A DNA stretch of 64,000 nucleotides from Propionibacteriales bacterium. GTDB lineage: Bacteria; Actinomycetota; Actinomycetes; Propionibacteriales; Nocardioidaceae. Where the stretch lies: NCBI GenBank assembly GCA_038237745.1, contig JBBRYJ010000003.1, positions 67,426 through 131,425 on the forward strand, read 5' to 3'. Position 1 is the stretch's first letter; the number at the start of each line of letters is the position of its first letter. The notes below the pieces were generated by a model. That model worked only from the letters and a program-made list of their open reading frames with translations, made no database searches and was not told where the DNA came from. Made by a program: the position numbers and the translations under genes. Shown here piece by piece: positions 58,300-64,000 of the stretch.

Positions 58300-58405
58300 A
58301 GCGGCTCCACACCTGTCGAGGTCTACAGGATTCGGAGTCTGGACTCCGCCTCCGTGCCGTCCGACACGTTCCGCTCCTGGGACCGCTCGTGAAAGGCACA
58401 ATCAG

Positions 58406-59500
58406 ATGAACACTCACCCTGCCGTACGCGCCGCCGTAGCTGCGCTGGCACTCACCCTCATGTCGGCGGGAAGCCCCGCAGTGGCTCAGGCCGGCGCCTC
58501 CTCGTCGCCCCACTACCGGGCCAAGGGCACTGCGGCCGCCCGCTGGCAGGCGACCCAGCTCCACAAGCGTCGGATCCACACCAGCGGGTTCGACGACTGG
58601 GGGCTGACGATCGACTCGGCCTTCGCGATCGCGGCGGACGGCACCCAGCCCAGGCTGCTTCGCCATCTGACCAGGGCGATCGAGAACAACTACTACGACC
58701 ACTACGCCACTTTCAAGGGTGACGTCTTCGCCGGAGCGATGGCGAAGTCGCTCGTGGCGGCGAAGATCTTGGGGCGGCGCGCACGGCACTTCGGCGGCCA
58801 CAACGTCCGCCACCGGGTCCTGTCGCTCGTTGCGCCCGCTCGGGCCGGGTTCGAGGCCGGAAGACTGCGCGACACGGGCGCGACCGACTTCACCAACACG
58901 ATCAGCCAGGCGTACGGCGTGCTCGGGCTGGCCCGCACTGGCGGCGTTCGGCACAGCGCCGTCACCTACCTCCTGAAGCAGCAGTGCGCGCAGGGCTACT
59001 TCCGCACCTTCGAGACCGTCGGCGAGACGTGTGACCGCAGTTCCAGCCGGGCCGACGTCGACGCGACCGCGATCGCTATCCAGGCCCTGGTCGCAGCTCG
59101 GAGGTCGGGCGCACGGGTGACCCGTGCTGCCATTCCTGATGCGGCCCGCTGGCTCTTGTCCAAGCAGCGGGCGAGTGGTGGTTTCGGCGGAGGACCGGCC
59201 ACTCGAGCGGTCAACACCAACAGCACCGGCCTCGCCGTTCAGGCGCTGGTTGCCACCCACCACTCCGGCGTACGGTCCCGGGCCGCGCGTTACGTCGCGT
59301 CTCAGCAGATCACTCGCGCCCGAGCCGACCGAGGCCGCGCACGTCGCGACATCGGAGCCATCGCCTATAACGCCGCCGGGCTCGCGGCAGCGTTGAGGGA
59401 TGGGGTCACCTCGACCACGCGAGACCAGTTCCGGCGGTCGACCGCTCAGGCGATCTACGCCCTCGTCCCGAGACCGCTGAGCACCCTGTCGGTGAGGTGA
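58406..59500 (+). CDS. Exported prenyltransferase/squalene-cyclase-repeat (alpha/alpha toroid)-like protein
   Basis: ORF trimmed to ATG 58406, with GAAAGG 9 nt upstream. Signal peptide ending ...SPAVAQA. Repeat-like motifs LLKQQCAQGYF and LLSKQRASGGFGG. Confidence 0.65.
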   Translation: MNTHPAVRAAVAALALTLMSAGSPAVAQAGASSSPHYRAKGTAAARWQATQLHKRRIHTSGFDDWGLTIDSAFAIAADGTQPRLLRHLTRAIENNYYDHYATFKGDVFAGAMAKSLVAAKILGRRARHFGGHNVRHRVLSLVAPARAGFEAGRLRDTGATDFTNTISQAYGVLGLARTGGVRHSAVTYLLKQQCAQGYFRTFETVGETCDRSSSRADVDATAIAIQALVAARRSGARVTRAAIPDAARWLLSKQRASGGFGGGPATRAVNTNSTGLAVQALVATHHSGVRSRAARYVASQQITRARADRGRARRDIGAIAYNAAGLAAALRDGVTSTTRDQFRRSTAQAIYALVPRPLSTLSVR

Positions 59501-59504
59501 CGCC

Positions 59505-60623
59505 GTGATGCGTGGATGCTTCGCGACCGGCGTCGCCGTCGGGGTCCTGCTGGGCCTCGGGGTGGCCGGACCGGCCTTCGCGCGCACCTCGGCTGAAGGC
59601 GCATCGTCCCCGGAAGTGGCGACCTCTGCCCTTGCCGCGGCCGGCTCACCCGGTTACTGCGCGAGCGATGTCGGTGTGACCGTCGTGGTGGACCTGACCG
59701 CTCTCGGGGGTGATGTCGTCGTCCGCTGCGCGCAGGGCTCGGTCGAGCCGGGGTTCACCGGGCTCGACGCCCTACAGGGAGCCGGCTTCAGCGTGACCGG
59801 CACCCAGCGGTTCGGTCTTGCGTTCGTGTGCAGGATCCAGGGGAGCCCGGCCGCCGACACGGCCGTTGCCATCCCGGGCAACCCGGACTACCACGAGCAA
59901 TGCCGGGACACACCGCCCTGGACGGCATACTGGGGATACTGGTACGCCCCTAACGGTGGTCGGTGGACCTACAGCAGCGGCGCCGGGGCAGAGGCCCGCG
60001 ACGTGATCGCAGGAGGCTTCGAGGGCTGGGCGTTCTCCCTGGGGGAAGGTTCTCCGCCGCAGCCCGCCCTCGAACCGCGCCGTCCCGAAGCAACGCCGTC
60101 GTCGGTGCCCCCTCCGGCCACCACCCCGACCCCGCCGCCGCGACGGCACCACGCCGTTCCTATCTCGAGCACCCCCATATCGGTGCCCTCGGGGGGAGGG
60201 CCTGCCGGACACGCGCATGCCAGCGCCTCTGCTCTGAGCCGGTCCACCAGACCGACGACCTCGCCGCCGCCCGGTACCTCGGCTCCGGTGGGCACCGCCT
60301 CTCCCCCTACGCATGCGGGACAGTCCGACTCCGGCGTGCATGGGCCCGCCGCTCCGAGCACTGCCACGCGGTCTCCAGCCCCTGACCGCAAGACGCCTGC
60401 GAAGACTGCCCGGGGCACCGTGCCCCCCACGGCCCAGCCGGCGCCGACCTCGGCCGGCCCTACCGGTGTCGCGGGCAGCGGGGTCGAGGTCACAGGCGAC
60501 CTGCCGGACACCGGCGCGCAGTCGGTCGGCTCGTCAAGAGCCACCGTCCTCGGAGCCGGGCTCCTTGTGCTCATAGGTCTTGGCGCTGGACTGACGGCGT
60601 GGCGTCGCTCGCACCGAACGTGA
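59505..60623 (+). CDS. Sortase-anchored surface protein with an N-terminal DUF4430/transcobalamin-C-terminal-like domain and a Pro-rich stalk
   Basis: Signal peptide ending ...GPAFA. Globular domain ending WGYWYAPNGGRWTYSSGAGAEARDVIAGGFEGWAF. About 170 aa of P/T/S/A-rich linker, then LPDTG, a hydrophobic helix and WRRSHRT. Confidence 0.7.
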   Translation: MMRGCFATGVAVGVLLGLGVAGPAFARTSAEGASSPEVATSALAAAGSPGYCASDVGVTVVVDLTALGGDVVVRCAQGSVEPGFTGLDALQGAGFSVTGTQRFGLAFVCRIQGSPAADTAVAIPGNPDYHEQCRDTPPWTAYWGYWYAPNGGRWTYSSGAGAEARDVIAGGFEGWAFSLGEGSPPQPALEPRRPEATPSSVPPPATTPTPPPRRHHAVPISSTPISVPSGGGPAGHAHASASALSRSTRPTTSPPPGTSAPVGTASPPTHAGQSDSGVHGPAAPSTATRSPAPDRKTPAKTARGTVPPTAQPAPTSAGPTGVAGSGVEVTGDLPDTGAQSVGSSRATVLGAGLLVLIGLGAGLTAWRRSHRT

Positions 60624-61780
60624 CCGGTCTGGGCGCCTACTGGCTCCCCAGGTCGCTGCACCCGGTCGCCTGGTGGCTGTGGGCGCTCGGGCTCGCGGTC
60701 GCCGCCAGCCGCACCACGAACCCACTTCTGCTGGGAGTGGTGCTGGGCGTGGTGTCCTGGGTCGTCGTCGCTCGTCGTTCCGACACGCCCTGGGCGAAGG
60801 CGTTCAAGCTGTACGTCGTCGCGGGCGTGGTGGTCGTCGGTCTGCGCGTGTTCTTCAGGCTGCTCTTCGGTGGGGGCGGAGACGGTCACGTGCTCCTACC
60901 GCTGCCCGAGATCGTCCTGCCCAGGCTTGTGGCAGGCATCCACCTCCTCGGTGACGTGACGGCGGAGTCGCTCCTCGGAGGGTTCTACGACGGGCTACGC
61001 CTCGCGACCATGCTGATATGTCTCGGGGCGGCGAACGCTCTCGCCAACCCGCGCCGTTTGCTGCGCTCCATGCCCGGGGCTCTGCACGAGGTCAGCGTCG
61101 CCGTCGTCGTCGCCTTGTCGGTGTTCCCTCAGCTCGCCGAGAGCGTGGTAAGGACGACGTCGGCCCGCAAGCTGCGACCGGGAAGCGACGACCGCGGGTT
61201 CGCCGCCCTCCGCGCTGTCGTCATACCGGTGCTCGAGGATGCGCTCGACAGGTCGCTGATGTTGGCGGCGTCCATGGACTCGCGAGGTTACGGGCGCTCC
61301 GGCGACCGGCCGCGACGGACCAGCGTGGTCGTCGGGGCCCTGCTCATCGGCGGACTCGCCGGGATCTGCGTCGGCGCCTATGCCCTGCTCGACGCGACGA
61401 CGCCTCGGTATCTGGCCATGCCGGTGCTCGGTGTCGGCGTCTGCGTTGGTGTCGGAGGGCTCACGTTGTCGGGTGGCTCGGTCCTGCGGTCGTGCTACCG
61501 ACGGGACCGTTGGCGCACGGCCGAGATCGTGACCGCCGGATCGGGACTGACCACCGGCCTTCTCCTCTCTATGTCCGCTCGTGTGGACCCCTCGAATCTC
61601 AATCCGTCGCTGGCGCCGTTGTCGTGGCCGCAGCTGTCGGCGCTGTCGCTTCTCGGTGCCCTGGTCGGTCTCTTGCCGGCCGTCGCGACGCCGTCGCCGG
61701 TACCCACCCAGGCGCCCTCGTCGCCGTTACCGTCCGACACGCCCTCGTCGTCGGCTCCGCACGAGGCGTGCTCGTCGTGA
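60620..61780 (+). CDS. ecfT: ECF transporter transmembrane (T) component, CbiQ/EcfT family
   Basis: GTGA overlap with the upstream stop (alternative GTG 60599). Multi-TM protein with the conserved coupling region ARKLRPG...DALDRSLMLAASMDSRGY. Confidence 0.8.
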   Translation: MTGLGAYWLPRSLHPVAWWLWALGLAVAASRTTNPLLLGVVLGVVSWVVVARRSDTPWAKAFKLYVVAGVVVVGLRVFFRLLFGGGGDGHVLLPLPEIVLPRLVAGIHLLGDVTAESLLGGFYDGLRLATMLICLGAANALANPRRLLRSMPGALHEVSVAVVVALSVFPQLAESVVRTTSARKLRPGSDDRGFAALRAVVIPVLEDALDRSLMLAASMDSRGYGRSGDRPRRTSVVVGALLIGGLAGICVGAYALLDATTPRYLAMPVLGVGVCVGVGGLTLSGGSVLRSCYRRDRWRTAEIVTAGSGLTTGLLLSMSARVDPSNLNPSLAPLSWPQLSALSLLGALVGLLPAVATPSPVPTQAPSSPLPSDTPSSSAPHEACSS

Positions 61781-63405
61781 TCTCCTTCGACGGCTACAGC
61801 TTCTGGTACCCGGGCGCGCTCGAACCGACCTTGCGCTCGGTCACTTTCGACATCGGCGAGGGTGAGCTCGCACTCGTGGTCGGGCTCACCGGCTCGGGGA
61901 AGTCCACCCTCTTGCGTTCGGTCAACGGGCTGGTGCCGCACTTCACCGGTGGCCATGTCGAGGGTCGGGTCACGGTCGGCGGCCGTGACCCACGTCGGTA
62001 CCCGCCGCGGGAGCTTGCAGACACGGTGGGCGTCGTCGGGCAGGACCCGCTGGCCGGGTTCGTCACAGACACGGTGGAGGAGGAGCTTGCCTACGGCATG
62101 GAGCAGCTGGCCTTCTCACCTCAGGTGATGCGGCGTCGGGTGGAGGAGGTGCTCGACCTCATGGGCATCGCGCGCCTGCGCCACCGCACCCTGCGCACGC
62201 TGTCCGGAGGGGAGCAGCAACGGGTGGCCCTTGGCTCAGTGCTCGCCGCCTCCCCGCGGGTGCTCGTGCTCGACGAGCCGACGTCCGCACTGGACCCGGC
62301 CGCCGCCGAGGACGCGCTCGCGGCGATGCTGAGACTCGTCCACGACCTCGGCGTCACTGTCGTTGCCGCCGAACACCGACTCGAGCGCGTCGTGGAGTAC
62401 GCCGACAGCCTGGTCCTGGTACACGATCAGCGTGCGAGCCTCGGCGATCCGCGGGCGATGCTCCGGGACGGCCCGCTCGCCCCGCCGGTGGTACAGCTCG
62501 GCCGGCTTGCCGGCTGGGACCCCCTGCCGCTCTCGGTGCGTGACGCACGTCGCGTCGCCGGTCCGCTGCGCGGTCGCCTCGACGGGCTCGCGCCGCCCTC
62601 CCCTGCGCTGTCGGCGGGGAGCGCCTCGGACGGTCTCGAGGTCTCGGCGCTCGTCGTCCGGTACGGCGGAGTGGTGGCCTTGCGCGGTGTGGACGTGGAG
62701 GCCGCACCGGGCGAGGTCGTGGCTCTGATGGGCCGCAACGGGTCCGGCAAGTCGTCGCTGCTCTGGGCGGTGCAGGGCTCCGGGCGTCGCAGTTCCGGCA
62801 GGGTGTCGGTGTGCGGGCGGGATCCGGTGGGTCTGGCTCGGCGGGACTCGGCACGGCTGGTGGCGCTGGTGCCGCAGCAAGCCGCAGACCTGCTGTACCA
62901 CGACTCGGTCGACTCCGAGTGCTGCGCGGCCGACCGGGCCACCGGGATGTCTCCGGGTACTGCTCGTGGGCTGTTCGACCGTCTTGCCGATGGTACGGCG
63001 GTCTCCGGCGCCTCGCACCCCCGGGACCTGTCCGACGGGCAGCGGCTCGCCCTGGCTCTCGCGGTCCAGCTGGCCGCCCGGCCCCGTGTGCTTCTTCTCG
63101 ACGAGCCGACCCGCGGCCTCGACTACTCGGCGAAGGACCGGCTCTCGACGGTTCTGGGCCGCCTCGCCGCCGAAGGGTGTGCAGTCGTGGTTGCCACCCA
63201 TGACGTGGAGTTCGTGGCGCAGTGCGCGCACCGGGTCGTCGTCCTCGCCGAGGGGGAGGTCGTCACCTCCGCGCCCACGGGGCAGGCGCTTGCGGGGTCA
63301 CCGGTGTTCGCTCCTCAGGTCGCCAAGGTTATGGCGCCGCAGCCGTGGCTGACCGTGGACCAGGTGGCCGGGGCCCTGTCGGGACAGGCGGTGGGGCATG
63401 GGTGA
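61777..63405 (+). CDS. ECF transporter ATPase, fused A-A' (two ABC domains)
   Basis: ORF trimmed to GTG 61777 (GTGA overlap). Two sets of motifs: GLTGSGKST/LSGGEQQR/VLVLDEPTS and GRNGSGKSS/LSDGQRLA/LLLDEPTRG. Confidence 0.9.
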   Translation: MISFDGYSFWYPGALEPTLRSVTFDIGEGELALVVGLTGSGKSTLLRSVNGLVPHFTGGHVEGRVTVGGRDPRRYPPRELADTVGVVGQDPLAGFVTDTVEEELAYGMEQLAFSPQVMRRRVEEVLDLMGIARLRHRTLRTLSGGEQQRVALGSVLAASPRVLVLDEPTSALDPAAAEDALAAMLRLVHDLGVTVVAAEHRLERVVEYADSLVLVHDQRASLGDPRAMLRDGPLAPPVVQLGRLAGWDPLPLSVRDARRVAGPLRGRLDGLAPPSPALSAGSASDGLEVSALVVRYGGVVALRGVDVEAAPGEVVALMGRNGSGKSSLLWAVQGSGRRSSGRVSVCGRDPVGLARRDSARLVALVPQQAADLLYHDSVDSECCAADRATGMSPGTARGLFDRLADGTAVSGASHPRDLSDGQRLALALAVQLAARPRVLLLDEPTRGLDYSAKDRLSTVLGRLAAEGCAVVVATHDVEFVAQCAHRVVVLAEGEVVTSAPTGQALAGSPVFAPQVAKVMAPQPWLTVDQVAGALSGQAVGHG

Positions 63406-64000
63406 GTCTCACGCGATGAGCCTCGGGAAGCGGACGGCAGTCGTTCTCGCGATGGCGTCGGGAGCCGGAATCGTCATGTTCTGCTGGCCGCTGTTCGTGA
63501 AGACGGGCGGGGACTCCTCCGCCCATACGTCCGACGCACCTTTCGTCTTCGTATTGGTCCTGCCTTTCCTCGTCGCGATCGTGCTCACCGCCTTCGCCGA
63601 AGGAGGCATCGACTCCAAGGCGCTCGCTATGCTCGGCGTCCTGTCCGCGATCAACGCTGCGCTTCGGCCACTCGGGGCGGGCGTGGCAGGTATCGAGACC
63701 GTCTTCTTCCTGCTTGTCCTGGCCGGGAGGGTGTTCGGGCCGGCGTTCGGCTTCGTCCTCGGCTGCACCTCGCTGTTCGCGTCCGCGCTGCTCACCGCCG
63801 GGGTAGGGCCGTGGCTGCCGTTCCAGATGCTGGCGTCGGCATGGATAGGTCTCGGCGCGGGACTGCTCCCTCGGAGGTGGCGGGGCGGCACCGAGATCGC
63901 CATGCTCGTCGCCTACGGCATCGTGGCTGCGTACGCCTTCGGGATCCTGATGAACCTCTGGTCGTGGCCGTTCACGGTGGGGTACGGGACCGCCCTGTCC
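63398..64000 (+). CDS. ECF transporter substrate-capture (S) component, 3' end beyond the window (partial)
   Basis: My own translation; not in the ORF track because it is edge-truncated. ATG 63398 overlaps the ATPase stop (alternative ATG 63416). The protein is hydrophobic throughout (VVLAMASGAGIVMFCWPLF..., GIETVFFLLVLAGRVFGPAFGFVLG...). Confidence 0.65.
   Translation, partial: MGESHAMSLGKRTAVVLAMASGAGIVMFCWPLFVKTGGDSSAHTSDAPFVFVLVLPFLVAIVLTAFAEGGIDSKALAMLGVLSAINAALRPLGAGVAGIETVFFLLVLAGRVFGPAFGFVLGCTSLFASALLTAGVGPWLPFQMLASAWIGLGAGLLPRRWRGGTEIAMLVAYGIVAAYAFGILMNLWSWPFTVGYGTALS

Noticed and set aside
58274-59587. 437-aa minus-strand ORF covering the riboswitch 3' part and the first exported protein gene
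   Set aside because: It has no motifs and an Arg/Gly/Pro-rich composition. The + strand has an RBS, a signal peptide and coupled downstream genes.
58406-64000. Interpretation of the riboswitch-controlled cluster as a CbiMNQO cobalt importer
   Set aside because: There is no CbiN, and the S component lacks the CbiM N-terminal metal-binding start. Two large exported proteins are not part of cobalt systems. This is not formally excluded without profile searches.
1-64000. tRNA, rRNA, CRISPR arrays, IS elements/transposases, integrases, prophage or toxin-antitoxin modules
   Set aside because: None were recognised. No T-loop-like GGTTCGA motifs occur in intergenic DNA, there are no repeat-spacer arrays, and no transposase or integrase-like ORFs. 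The only repeats are the short ones listed.

Overview
Very GC-rich chromosomal segment of an Actinomycetota genome. This is inferred from lineage markers: a mycothiol-dependent formaldehyde dehydrogenase, an F420/PPOX-class protein, an MprAB-PepD module, a tuberculostearic-acid gene pair, BsaP and a class II HelD. I call about 58 protein-coding genes, densely packed, many joined by 4-nt ATGA/GTGA start-stop overlaps. I saw no rRNA, tRNA, CRISPR array, transposase or prophage, so most of the window is ordinary core metabolism and envelope housekeeping. It includes glpD/glpFK, bioA-bioD/bioB-bsaP, malate synthase, a BCKDH E1a-E1b-E2 operon, mscR plus an MBL hydrolase, two two-component systems, a heterodimeric ABC exporter, a tricorn-like protease, a PBP-lipo-like transpeptidase, CorA, and MFS/EamA transporters. 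Two genes run off the window edges and are absent from the ORF track: a histidine kinase at the left edge and an ECF S component at the right edge. The most interesting locus is 58.19-64.0 kb. A sequence that fits the cobalamin riboswitch core (58189..58299) precedes five translationally coupled genes. The first two encode exported proteins: one is an alpha/alpha-toroid (prenyltransferase-repeat-like) protein, and the other has a DUF4430/transcobalamin-C-terminal-like domain on a long Pro-rich stalk ending in an LPDTG sortase signal. The remaining three form a dedicated ECF importer (T, fused A-A', S). Together the two exported proteins resemble the two domains of eukaryotic transcobalamin/intrinsic factor, which suggests a wall-anchored B12-capture device feeding an ECF transporter. 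That is inference only and needs profile and structure searches plus binding assays. Smaller observations are a perfect CRP/GlxR-type site and a long low-GC leader in front of an orphan priming glycosyltransferase, GntR-type palindromes in a divergent promoter, a CorA with YGQN instead of YGMN, intergenic tandem repeats, and an in-frame 21-nt repeat in pepD. Many long ORFs in the track are antisense shadows typical of high-GC DNA and were rejected. All family assignments rest on motifs I could read by eye plus remembered family knowledge; no database search was run.
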